DNA of 64,000 nucleotides, from positions 416,001 to 480,000 of the forward strand of contig JAXGYC010000008.1 of the NCBI GenBank assembly GCA_040772485.1, given 5' to 3'. This DNA is from Sedimentisphaerales bacterium (GTDB lineage Bacteria > Planctomycetota > Phycisphaerae > Sedimentisphaerales > Anaerobacaceae). Position numbers and translations under genes: made by a program. The notes beneath the pieces were generated by a model that saw only the letters and a program-made list of their open reading frames with translations, searched no databases and was not told the origin of the DNA. Below, in pieces: positions 9,972 through 19,102 of this stretch; the stretch's first letter is position 1, and every line of letters starts with the position of its first letter.

Positions 9972-10777
9972 CCCTGGTCCCCTTCCATTTCCGAGGAGTT
10001 TCCACCGGTCGGCTCGAGCGTCGTGCTGAAGCGCGCGCCCTGTCCCACGCGTACGGTTCCGTCGCAACTCAGCGAGTATCGCCCGGGGGCGACGATGGAT
10101 TCGTCCCTCGTGTCGATCTCCACACAATTGCTCTGCAGGACTGCGCCGGGCGTCGTCATTGTGACATGCCCCCGCAGCACCATCCGGGACGTGTCAGAAC
10201 GCAGGGTCGCATGCTGGCACCGAACGTGAAAGACCGTACGGTCCGCCCGGCAGATTCTCCAATCCAGCCGGCGGATACGGACCTCGGTCGTGTTCGCCAG
10301 GTCGACCGGCTTCGACCACTCGGCGCCCGATTCTCCCATCTCGCTGAACAAACCCAGCGGATTGGCACCCGACGCACCCTGCTGGCGCGGAGCCAGCAGA
10401 GCGCCAAGATCGCAAGACGCCATACCGTCTGCAAAGAACACTACTCGAACATTCTCGACGTGCACAACCTTGACGCAAGCGGTCTTGAAAACACCCAAAC
10501 TGGCGTTTTCGGCGTGGAGGTTGTCGAAGGCGATCCGGTAAGCGGGCGTAGAGGCGGACGAGGAGTCTTTCCGCCATGCGGTTAGAGCGCCCGTTTCATT
10601 GCGTCGGCACGGAGGGGCGTAGTCGACGGGAACCGCCTCGCTGTCCGATCGCTTCAACACACCTGCGTAGGCGCCGACCAGGACAACGCCCGCCAGCCAG
10701 AACAGCAGCAGCCGCACCACGTTTCGCCTGCTCAGGAAGTCCGAAAATGTGCCGTCTAGAGTCATTCTCCAATCCAT
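9938..10777 (-). CDS. Membrane-anchored hypothetical protein (beta-rich, possibly LptC/beta-taco-like)
   Basis: AGGAG SD, single N-terminal TM, beta-strand-rich C-terminal half. The fold guess is inference only. Confidence 0.65.
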   Translation of the reverse strand: MDWRMTLDGTFSDFLSRRNVVRLLLFWLAGVVLVGAYAGVLKRSDSEAVPVDYAPPCRRNETGALTAWRKDSSSASTPAYRIAFDNLHAENASLGVFKTACVKVVHVENVRVVFFADGMASCDLGALLAPRQQGASGANPLGLFSEMGESGAEWSKPVDLANTTEVRIRRLDWRICRADRTVFHVRCQHATLRSDTSRMVLRGHVTMTTPGAVLQSNCVEIDTRDESIVAPGRYSLSCDGTVRVGQGARFSTTLEPTGGNSSEMEGDQGWANGLWLGSF

Positions 10778-10925
10778 GGATCTGCTCCTGTCGTTCTTCC
10801 GTCTGTATCGGTTAATCCGCCTGTGTTAATTGAGGCAATCGGGGCAATTGCAGAGATTTTGGCCAAGAAATTCATGGCAACTTGGTCAGAATGGCCGCGT
10901 CTACTGCATTCCGGCTGCGGTGCTC

Positions 10926-10954
10926 TTGACATAGGCCTTTTGCAGACCTATACT
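10926..10954 (+). promoter_or_regulatory. Sigma70 promoter of the polysaccharide cluster
   Basis: TTGACA-N17-TATACT, near consensus. Confidence 0.75.
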
Positions 10955-11035
10955 TGCGCCTTTGGCCACGGCCGCAGCGCCGACGACGGATGCCCTGTTG
11001 GCCAGCCGACCTGCACAGAAGGGCTGCCCCCCAAG

Positions 11036-12340
11036 ATGTCAAAGGCACTCAGAGCGACGTGGCAAAAGCACCAGACGATCCTGGGCAACTTCTTCTCGCT
11101 GAGCGTCCTTCAGGTAGCGACGTATCTGGCGCCGCTGATCACGCTGCCGTACCTGGTCCGCGTCCTCGGCCCGTCGCGTTTCGGGCTGGTCGAGCTGGCC
11201 CATGCCATCGCCGTGTATCTGGTCATCCTGACCGACTACGGATTCAATCTCTCCGCGACGCGGGAGATCTCCTTGTGTCGGAACGATGCGAGGAGGCTGT
11301 CGGAGATCTTCTCGGCGGTGATGCTCCTGAAGCTGCTGCTGACCGTCGCGAGCTTCTTCGCCCTGGTGGCGGCGGTCCTCGCCGTGCCCCGGCTGCGAGG
11401 CGACTGGCCGGTCTACCTGCTGACGTTCGGCACCGTCATCGGGCAGTGCCTGTTCCCGATCTGGCTGTTTCAGGGCCTCGAACGGATGAAGTACACCGCC
11501 ATCCTGACGATTCTCTCGAAGCTGGCGATCACCGTCGCGATCTTCGCGTTCATCCGACAGAGCGATCATTACGTCTACGTTCCGGTGGTGCAGTCCGTCG
11601 GAACGATCGCCATGGGCGTCGCCGGGCTACTCGTGGCCCTGCGCGAGTTCCCCGTCCGCTTCGCCCTGCCGTCGCGAGCCCTCCTGAGACAGGAGCTTGC
11701 CGAGGGCTGGCATTTGTTCGTCTCCAAGATGTCGATCACGTTATACACCACGAGCAACATCGTCATCCTGGGGCTGTTCACGAACAACACGTTCGTCGCG
11801 TATTACGTCGCCGGCGAGAAGATCGTGCGGGCGATCCAGGGACTCCAGTTGCCCCTTTCGCAGGCGGTGTACCCGTATGTCGGCAAGCTGGCGTCCGAAT
11901 CGAAAGAGGCGGCCCTGGCGTTCACGGCGCGCATGACCGAGATCGTGGGCGTCGTCACGCTGGTCCTGTCGGTGGGGCTGTTCTTCGCGGCCGGACCGCT
12001 CAGCCGGCTGATCCTGGGCGAGCAGTTCGGCGCCAGCGTGGCGGTGATACGGATTCTCTCCCCGCTGCCGTTCGTGTGCAGCCTGAGCAACATCTTCGGC
12101 GTGCAGATCATGATCAACTTCGGACTGAAGAAGACGCTGACCAGGGTCCTCGCCATCGCCGGCGTGGTGAATGTCGTTCTGGTCTTCGCCCTGGTTGTCC
12201 CGCTGCGCCATATCGGCGTCAGCATCGCCGTGCTGCTGACGGAGGTTGCGATCATGATCGCGACGTACGTCGCCCTGCGACGGAACGGGCTGGACGTCCT
12301 TCGGCGTCACCGAACTGCGGAGCCAGAGCATGGTCTATGA
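11036..12340 (+). CDS. wzx: Wzx-type polysaccharide flippase
   Basis: NFFSLSVLQVATYLAPLITLPYLVRVLG, TDYGFNLSATREIS and WLFQGLERMKY motifs, about 12 TMs. Confidence 0.92.
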   Translation: MSKALRATWQKHQTILGNFFSLSVLQVATYLAPLITLPYLVRVLGPSRFGLVELAHAIAVYLVILTDYGFNLSATREISLCRNDARRLSEIFSAVMLLKLLLTVASFFALVAAVLAVPRLRGDWPVYLLTFGTVIGQCLFPIWLFQGLERMKYTAILTILSKLAITVAIFAFIRQSDHYVYVPVVQSVGTIAMGVAGLLVALREFPVRFALPSRALLRQELAEGWHLFVSKMSITLYTTSNIVILGLFTNNTFVAYYVAGEKIVRAIQGLQLPLSQAVYPYVGKLASESKEAALAFTARMTEIVGVVTLVLSVGLFFAAGPLSRLILGEQFGASVAVIRILSPLPFVCSLSNIFGVQIMINFGLKKTLTRVLAIAGVVNVVLVFALVVPLRHIGVSIAVLLTEVAIMIATYVALRRNGLDVLRRHRTAEPEHGL

Positions 12341-13427
12341 TTGCCTGATCGTCGGCGCCGGCTGGGCCGGGTGCGTCCTGGCCGAAAGACTGGCCAACGG
12401 GCTCGGGCAGAAGGTCCTGCTCGTCGAACGCAGCGATCACATCGGGGGCAATGCCTACGATTTCGTCGACGCACATGGCCTCGTCGTTCAGAAGTACGGT
12501 CCACACATCTTCCACACCCGCGTCAAACCGGTGTGGGACTATGTCAGCCGGTTCACGGACTGGAACGGGTACGTCCATCACGTCCTGGCGCAGGTCGCAG
12601 ACCGGGTAGTCTGTCTGCCGATCAATCTCGACACGCTGGAACGACTGTATGGCCGCCCGTTCACCGCCGAGCAGGCTCGCGCGTTCTACGCCGCGCGCCG
12701 CGTGCCGATCGAGAGGATCGAGAACGCACGCGACGTTGTGGTCTCCCAGATCGGCCAGGAATTGTACGAACTGTTCTACGAGAACTATACGAAGAAATTA
12801 TGGGGTCTCTACCCCCACGAACTGGCGCCCCAGGTCACCCGGCGGGTGCCCATCCGCTTCGACAGGGACACACGCTATTTTGACGATCCGTACCAGGGCG
12901 TTCCCAAGGACGGCTTCACACCCATGTTCGAACGCATGATCGCGTCGCCCGACGTCACTGTTCGCCTCGGGACGGACTATCGATCCGTCGCGACGTCGGA
13001 GCGATTCGCCCGGCTCATCTATACGGGGCCGATCGACGAGTACTTTGACTACACCTACGGCCGCCTGCCTTACCGGAGCCTTGCGTTCCGATTCGAGACA
13101 CTCGACGTGGAGCGATTCCAGAACGCCGGGGTCGTCAACTATCCCGGCGAACAAGATTACATCCGCATCACGGAGTTCAAACACCTGACGCTACAGAAGC
13201 ATCCCAAGACAACGATCTGCTACGAATATGGAGCGGCCGAGGGGCGTCCATGCTATCCTGTCCCCACCGAGGCCAGCCGCCGGCTGTGCGAGCGGTACAA
13301 GGCCAGAGCCGATGAGCTGGAGCGTGTTCACTTCGTCGGCCGACTGGCTCAGTACGAGTATCTGAACATGGATCAGGTCGTCGAGCGCGCCCTGGCTCTG
13401 TACGAAGAGATCCGAACCGATGGCTGA
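12330..13427 (+). CDS. glf: UDP-galactopyranose mutase
   Basis: IVGAGWAG FAD motif, HIGGNAYD, YGPHIFHT, YFDDPYQGVP, RITEFKHL, GRLAQYEYLNMDQ. Confidence 0.97.
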   Translation: MVYDCLIVGAGWAGCVLAERLANGLGQKVLLVERSDHIGGNAYDFVDAHGLVVQKYGPHIFHTRVKPVWDYVSRFTDWNGYVHHVLAQVADRVVCLPINLDTLERLYGRPFTAEQARAFYAARRVPIERIENARDVVVSQIGQELYELFYENYTKKLWGLYPHELAPQVTRRVPIRFDRDTRYFDDPYQGVPKDGFTPMFERMIASPDVTVRLGTDYRSVATSERFARLIYTGPIDEYFDYTYGRLPYRSLAFRFETLDVERFQNAGVVNYPGEQDYIRITEFKHLTLQKHPKTTICYEYGAAEGRPCYPVPTEASRRLCERYKARADELERVHFVGRLAQYEYLNMDQVVERALALYEEIRTDG

Positions 13428-14433
13428 GAGACGACGAGAACGAATCGCGGCGATTGTGGTCACGTACAACAGGAAGGTCCTGTTGCTGCGGTGCCTCGAA
13501 GCGCTGCTGGGGCAAAGCCGTCGACTCGACGCCATCTACATCATCGACAACAACTCCACGGACGGAACCTGCGAGGCGTTGTGGGACAGAGGACTGATTG
13601 CGCCGAATGCGGCCCGCACAGAAGAAGCAGACGAACGGGTCACAATGGTCGAGCCGCCGGCGCCGCCAGACGGGGCCGTCGAGATCCACTATGTGAAAAT
13701 GCCCGAGAACACCGGTGGTGCGGGCGGCTTTCACGAGGGGATGAAGCGCAGCGCTGGGGCGGGCTTCGACTGGCTGTGGCTGATGGACGACGATTTGCTG
13801 CCTTCCTGCGATGCGCTGGAAGCCCTGGTCGTCAGGAGGGACACTCTGACGAAGGCCTCGACCCAGCCCTTCCTGCTGAACTGCACCGTCCTGTCGCAGG
13901 ACCATTCGGACGGTGACACGCTGGCCTTTCCGCTTCAGGAGATCACCAGGAAGGGCCATCCCCGACTCGGCGTCTACTACTGGCGTCTGTCGGAAGTGGC
14001 CGACAAGGTGCGCAATGGAGTCTACCGCTGGGCCTGTCCGTTCAATGGGACACTCGTCCCCGCCCGCGCGCTTGGGGAGATCGGCCTGCCCAACAAGGAG
14101 TTCTTCATCCGAGGCGACGAGAAGGACTTCCTCTGGCGTGCCGCCGGGAGACTCGAACTGTATACCGTCATCGACAGCAGGGCGCACCATCCGCGGCCGC
14201 GCGTTGACGCCTTCGACTGGAAACAGTACTATCACATCCGCAATATGCTGGTCGTGAACAGCCATTTCAACTTCCGATGGCTGAGGAATCTCAAGCTGAT
14301 CGTCCTGAGTCTGGCGCTCGGGCTGCGGCATGGCCGGCGCGGGACGGCTCTGGTCGTCCGCGCGATTGCCGATGGACTCACCGGCCGCCTGGGCAAGAGA
14401 GAACAGGTACACACATGGCTCGATATCTCGTGA
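13420..14433 (+). CDS. GT2 glycosyltransferase, probable galactofuranosyltransferase (GlfT1-like)
   Basis: VVTYNR, IIDNNSTD, NTGGAGGF, WLWLMDDD, FNGTL, FFIRGDE. Adjacent to glf. Confidence 0.85.
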   Translation: MAERRRERIAAIVVTYNRKVLLLRCLEALLGQSRRLDAIYIIDNNSTDGTCEALWDRGLIAPNAARTEEADERVTMVEPPAPPDGAVEIHYVKMPENTGGAGGFHEGMKRSAGAGFDWLWLMDDDLLPSCDALEALVVRRDTLTKASTQPFLLNCTVLSQDHSDGDTLAFPLQEITRKGHPRLGVYYWRLSEVADKVRNGVYRWACPFNGTLVPARALGEIGLPNKEFFIRGDEKDFLWRAAGRLELYTVIDSRAHHPRPRVDAFDWKQYYHIRNMLVVNSHFNFRWLRNLKLIVLSLALGLRHGRRGTALVVRAIADGLTGRLGKREQVHTWLDIS

Positions 14434-15668
14434 ATCCGCTGTTCCTCTACCTGGCCATATGGGTCTCGGTCATGGTCTCGTATGTGGCCGGAGTGAACAG
14501 GGCGTTCTTCCCTGCACCGACCCCTCGGGTCTACTGGGCAGTGGGTCTGAGCGTGGCGACGTTCGTTCTGGGATACCTGACATGGAACCTCATACGACGC
14601 GCGAAGACCGATCCCGATAGACTCTATTGGTCCGCCGCTCCCGTGCTGAGCGCCAAGTCGCTCCGACGCTATTTGCGCATCACGCTCGTTTTCGGCCTGC
14701 TGGCCGTGGCATTCTGCGCCCTCCGCCTGGTGGTCCTGGCCAGAACACACGAAATCGATCTGCTGCGCCTCGTCACCGATTCCATCCTGTGGCGGGAGAC
14801 CGTCACGCGCCCGATCACTCCCGACATGATCGGCATGCGGGCCTGCACCATCGCCATCACGGTGAGTTGCAGCATCTTTTCCATCGGCTTCGCCCTGCTT
14901 GGCATCCTGCTCTATCTCGGCCGCGACCGATGGCGATACGGGACGGTGACCTTGTTCCTACTGACCGCGCTGGGTGTGGGCCTGCTCAGCCTCGCCCGGA
15001 AGGAAGTCACGATCAACATCGCATTCATGGTGCTGTCCTATCTGTTCATGCATCAGCATTACCGCAGCCGGCGGACCCGGGAGGTGGCCATGCATCTGGT
15101 TGTCCCGGCCGTGGCTCTGGTCATCTTGTTCCTGCTGGTCGATATTCTGCTCCACAAAGGCGCCAATTACGATCCCGCCCACCGCTTGAGGGGATTCCTC
15201 CTTTCGATCTACTGGTACATCGCCTCTCCTGTGGCGGCGTTCAGCGAGTTTCTCAAGACGCACGACGGCAACTGGCGTCTCGGGGAGAGCGTGTTTCTGC
15301 CCATCTACAAGTGGCTGGCCCGGGCTCATCTGGTCCCTCCGCCCGACGCCATGAGCATCATGCACATGGAGAAGATCTACATTCCGTACATGGCGAACGT
15401 GTACACCTACCTGCGGAACATTTACGAGGATTTCGGTTTCCTCGGTCTGGCGGTCCTCCCGTATCTGCTGGGGCTTCTGTCGGCGGCTTTGCGGGCGCGG
15501 GCCGGACAGTCTGTCCCCTATCTGAATTTCTACCTGATCGTTCTGATCGTGATTGTCTTCTCGTTCTACGATCATCTGCTGATATCCAACCAGTACTACT
15601 TGCAGGCGTTCTTCGGATATCTTCTCTTCCGCTCCCGGCTTCCGGAGACGGGGGCTGACGGCCTATAG
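14415..15668 (+). CDS. wzy: O-antigen/oligosaccharide repeat polymerase (Wzy)
   Basis: About 10 TMs and the NVYTYLRNIYEDFG motif typical of O-antigen polymerases. Same operon as wzx. Confidence 0.8.
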   Translation: MARYLVNPLFLYLAIWVSVMVSYVAGVNRAFFPAPTPRVYWAVGLSVATFVLGYLTWNLIRRAKTDPDRLYWSAAPVLSAKSLRRYLRITLVFGLLAVAFCALRLVVLARTHEIDLLRLVTDSILWRETVTRPITPDMIGMRACTIAITVSCSIFSIGFALLGILLYLGRDRWRYGTVTLFLLTALGVGLLSLARKEVTINIAFMVLSYLFMHQHYRSRRTREVAMHLVVPAVALVILFLLVDILLHKGANYDPAHRLRGFLLSIYWYIASPVAAFSEFLKTHDGNWRLGESVFLPIYKWLARAHLVPPPDAMSIMHMEKIYIPYMANVYTYLRNIYEDFGFLGLAVLPYLLGLLSAALRARAGQSVPYLNFYLIVLIVIVFSFYDHLLISNQYYLQAFFGYLLFRSRLPETGADGL

Positions 15669-15674
15669 CGCTCG

Positions 15675-16898
15675 ATGAATGTCCGACTGAGGATATTGAA
15701 GTGCATCGCGGACCCGCGTTTCGGCGGGCCGCACCGTCTGAGCTTCGCGATCGCGGAGCGCCTGCATGCCGAGGGCATTGAGACAGTCTTCCTCTTCGGG
15801 CCCGAGACAAACGAATCCGGTCCAGCGTGTCCCTTCGAGCACTTCCATCTGAGGCACTTGCTGTTCCTCCGCCGCCGGCACCCGATCCTCAACCTGCTCG
15901 CCTTCCTGCTCTGGCTTCCGTGGAACATCCTCCGTATCCGCAAACTCATCCGGTCCAGGCGGATCGATGTCGTCGACGTGGACGGCGTGCTGAACGTGCC
16001 GCCCGCCCTGACCGCCTGGCTGTGTCGGGTTCCGGTTCTGTGGTGTTACAACGACCATCTGCCCGGGGCGGTCAAGCTCGTGCTCCTGCCCCTGGTGGCC
16101 CGGCTCGCGACACGGATCGTCGTCCAGGGCGAGTGCCTTCGCCAGGCCCGCACAGCTTCGCACCCGCTGTTGCAGCAGAAGGCCGCGGTGCTCCACACCG
16201 GCGTCGATACGACGGCGTTCGACCCCGCTCGCTATGGCGCCCAGGCCCGGCGCCGCGTGCGAGAGCAGTGGCGCATCCCGCCGGCCGGCCCGCTCATCGG
16301 CATCGTCGGCAACCTGAATCCCTTCAAAGGACATGAGGACTTCCTCAGAGCGGCGGTACGAATCAAGAAGCACGTCCCTGATGCCCGGTTCATCGTGGTG
16401 GGACGAAGACTGACGACCACCCCCGGCTATTGGGAGCGATTGCAGCAATTGACCGCCGCGCTGGGCCTCGAACGCGACGTGATCTACACGGGATTTTGTG
16501 ACGACATTCCATCGATGCTGGCGGCGCTCGACGTCTTCGTCCTGGCGTCGATTCGCGAGTCCTGCCCGAACGCGGTGCTCGAAGCGATGGCCATGAAGCT
16601 GCCCGTAGTGGCCACCGACGTCGGCGCCGTCTCGGAACTGGTCGCCGACGGCCGGACCGGCACCATCGTGCCGCCGCACGGCCCCGAAGCGATCGCAGCA
16701 GCGGTGCTCGAGCACCTGGCGAGAACACCCGACCAGATCGAAGCCATAACCAGCGCTGCCCGCCGACGCGTCCAGACGGAATTCTCCCTGGACCGAATCG
16801 CGCAGCGGCAACAGGAGCTCTATGCCATGCTCAACCGGCCCAGGGCACACGGGCGGAACGACGACGGGTCGGACGCCGAGCACGCCGGAAAGGAATGA
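15675..16898 (+). CDS. GT4 glycosyltransferase
   Basis: GNLNPFKGH and ESCPNAVLEAMA (EX7E), VVATDVG. Confidence 0.92.
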   Translation: MNVRLRILKCIADPRFGGPHRLSFAIAERLHAEGIETVFLFGPETNESGPACPFEHFHLRHLLFLRRRHPILNLLAFLLWLPWNILRIRKLIRSRRIDVVDVDGVLNVPPALTAWLCRVPVLWCYNDHLPGAVKLVLLPLVARLATRIVVQGECLRQARTASHPLLQQKAAVLHTGVDTTAFDPARYGAQARRRVREQWRIPPAGPLIGIVGNLNPFKGHEDFLRAAVRIKKHVPDARFIVVGRRLTTTPGYWERLQQLTAALGLERDVIYTGFCDDIPSMLAALDVFVLASIRESCPNAVLEAMAMKLPVVATDVGAVSELVADGRTGTIVPPHGPEAIAAAVLEHLARTPDQIEAITSAARRRVQTEFSLDRIAQRQQELYAMLNRPRAHGRNDDGSDAEHAGKE

Positions 16899-16906
16899 GG
16901 CCACTA

Positions 16907-16935
16907 TTTACGGGCCCCTTTACCGGCGGTATACT
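16907..16935 (+). promoter_or_regulatory. Internal sigma70-like promoter
   Basis: TTTACG-N17-TATACT upstream of the epimerase. Confidence 0.5.
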
Positions 16936-17091
16936 GTTGTGCTCGATTCCGCGTCGGTCGGCTTGTGTGCACGAGCCCGGCCCATGCCAAACGGTATCTG
17001 AGGAGGATCTCTTGCAGAGCTTCCTCATCACGATGCCAGCCGACGTGGATCGGAGGCACGATGTCGGCATATTCATCCGTCGGAGGCATGA

Positions 17092-18096
17092 ATGAGGATC
17101 TTTATCAGCGGCGTCGCTGGGTTTCTCGGCAGTCATCTGGCCGATGCCTTTCTGGCCGATGGCCACGAGGTCGTCGGATGCGACAATCTCACGGGCGGCT
17201 ACCTCGACAACGTGCCGACCGGCGTCGAATTCCACCAGTACGACTGCACGTACCACAACTCGATGGTCAAGATCACCGGGGGCTGCGACGTCGTCTACCA
17301 CTGCGCTGCCAGCGCCTACGAGGGATTGAGCGTCTTCAGTCCTTTCTTCATCACCAAGAACATCGTTCAGGCCTCCGTCTCGATGATCAGCGCCGCCATC
17401 GCCAACCACGTGCGCCGGTTCATCTTCTGTTCGAGCATGGCGCGCTATGGAACCCAGGACACCGTGCCGTTCACCGAGGACATGACTCCTCGGCCCCAGG
17501 ATCCGTACGGCATCGGCAAGCTCAGCTCCGAGGCCCTGCTGGAGAACCTCGCGGGCGTACACGGGATGGAATACGTCATCGCGGTCCCGCACAACATCAT
17601 CGGTCCGCGACAGAAGTACGACGATCCGTATCGCAACGTCGCCAGCATCATGGTCAACCTGATGCTTCAGGGCCGCCAGCCGATCATCTACGGGGACGGC
17701 AACCAGAAACGATGCTTCAGCTTCATCCAGGACGACGTGAAGATTCTCAAGCGGCTGGCCACCGAGCCGTCCGTCAACGGCGAGGTCATCAACATCGGGC
17801 CGGACGACGAATTCGTCACGATCAACGAGCTGGCGCAGACGATCGGGGAACTGCTGGACTTCGACGTGCGCCCGGTGTACGTCAGACACAGGCCGCAGGA
17901 AGTGGTGCTGGCCAACTGTTCGGCCGACAAGGCCAGGAGGCTTCTGAACTACGAGACCCAGGTCAAGCTCCGAGACGGCCTGGCGGCCGTCATTGAGTAT
18001 ATTCGCCAGCGCGGCCCCAGACCCTTCAAGTATCACATCGACCTGGAGATCATCAACGACAAGACGCCTGACACCTGGAAGGACAAGCTCTTCTGA
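17092..18096 (+). CDS. NAD-dependent epimerase/dehydratase (extended SDR)
   Basis: GVAGFLG Rossmann motif, CSSMARYG, YGIGK (YxxxK), HNIIGP. Confidence 0.93.
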   Translation: MRIFISGVAGFLGSHLADAFLADGHEVVGCDNLTGGYLDNVPTGVEFHQYDCTYHNSMVKITGGCDVVYHCAASAYEGLSVFSPFFITKNIVQASVSMISAAIANHVRRFIFCSSMARYGTQDTVPFTEDMTPRPQDPYGIGKLSSEALLENLAGVHGMEYVIAVPHNIIGPRQKYDDPYRNVASIMVNLMLQGRQPIIYGDGNQKRCFSFIQDDVKILKRLATEPSVNGEVINIGPDDEFVTINELAQTIGELLDFDVRPVYVRHRPQEVVLANCSADKARRLLNYETQVKLRDGLAAVIEYIRQRGPRPFKYHIDLEIINDKTPDTWKDKLF

Positions 18097-18189
18097 GATA
18101 AGATGTATCGCCAGGGACGCCGGGAGGTGTTTCTTGCGATATCCTCGCGACCGTATGATGAACCAGGGATTCTCTGACGCCGGGAACCT

Positions 18190-19083
18190 ATGCCGCAAGG
18201 CCGATCTTCCATTTCCATCGTGATCGTCAGCTTCAACGTCGAGGCGCTCCTGAAGGAGTGCATCGAGTCGGTCTATCGCGAGACCACAGAGGCGGCCTTC
18301 GATATCTGGGTGGTGGACAACCACTCCCGCGACGGCAGCGTCTCGATGGTCAAACAGAACTTCCCGGACGTCCACCTGATCGAGAACGGTCAAAACGTCG
18401 GCTTCCCCAGAGCCAACAACCAGGCCATCGTCCAGTGCACATCGGACTATATTCTGCTGCTCAACCCCGATACGGTCGTCCGGGACGGCGCGATCGACAA
18501 GATGGTCCGGTTCATGGACGAACACCCCGACGTCGGCGTCTCCGGCTGTCGCGTCCTGAACGAGGACGGCTCGCTCCAATTGGCCTGCCGGCGAAGCATC
18601 CCGACGCCCAAAGTCGCTTTTTATCGCCTCACCGGCCTGAGCCGTCTGTTCCCCCACAGCAAGACGATGGCCCGGTACAATCTGACCTACCTCGACCCGA
18701 ATGAGCCTAACGAGGTCGATGCCGTCTCCGGGGCGTTCCTCGTGATTCGCAAGAGCGTCGTGGACGCCATCGGCGTGCTCGACGAGAATTTCTTCATCTA
18801 CGGCGAAGACATGGACTGGTGCGTTCGCGCCAAGAAGGCCGGGTGGAAGGTGATGTACTACCCGCACGCGCAGATTATCCACTACAAGGGCGTGGGCTGC
18901 CGGACCAACAACCGCAAGACGACGTACGAGTTCTATCGGGCGATGGTCCTGTTCCACAAAAAGCACTTCGCCCGCGAGTGCTCCCCTCTGACGAACCTGC
19001 TCATCTACATCGGGATCTTCCTGACGGCGATGCTCGCCTGGCGTCGCTGGCTCTTCAACACCAAACCAGGCCCCGGCAAGTGA
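18190..19083 (+). CDS. GT2 glycosyltransferase (WbbL-like)
   Basis: VDNHSRD, NVGFPRANN, LLLNPD, VSGAFL, FFIYGEDMDWC. Confidence 0.9.
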   Translation: MPQGRSSISIVIVSFNVEALLKECIESVYRETTEAAFDIWVVDNHSRDGSVSMVKQNFPDVHLIENGQNVGFPRANNQAIVQCTSDYILLLNPDTVVRDGAIDKMVRFMDEHPDVGVSGCRVLNEDGSLQLACRRSIPTPKVAFYRLTGLSRLFPHSKTMARYNLTYLDPNEPNEVDAVSGAFLVIRKSVVDAIGVLDENFFIYGEDMDWCVRAKKAGWKVMYYPHAQIIHYKGVGCRTNNRKTTYEFYRAMVLFHKKHFARECSPLTNLLIYIGIFLTAMLAWRRWLFNTKPGPGK

Positions 19084-19102
19084 CGAGCCGACAAACGCAT
19101 CA

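Noticed and set aside
10848..10866. Sigma54-like TTGGC...TGCA upstream of 10777
   Set aside because: The GG-to-GC spacing is 11, not the required 10.
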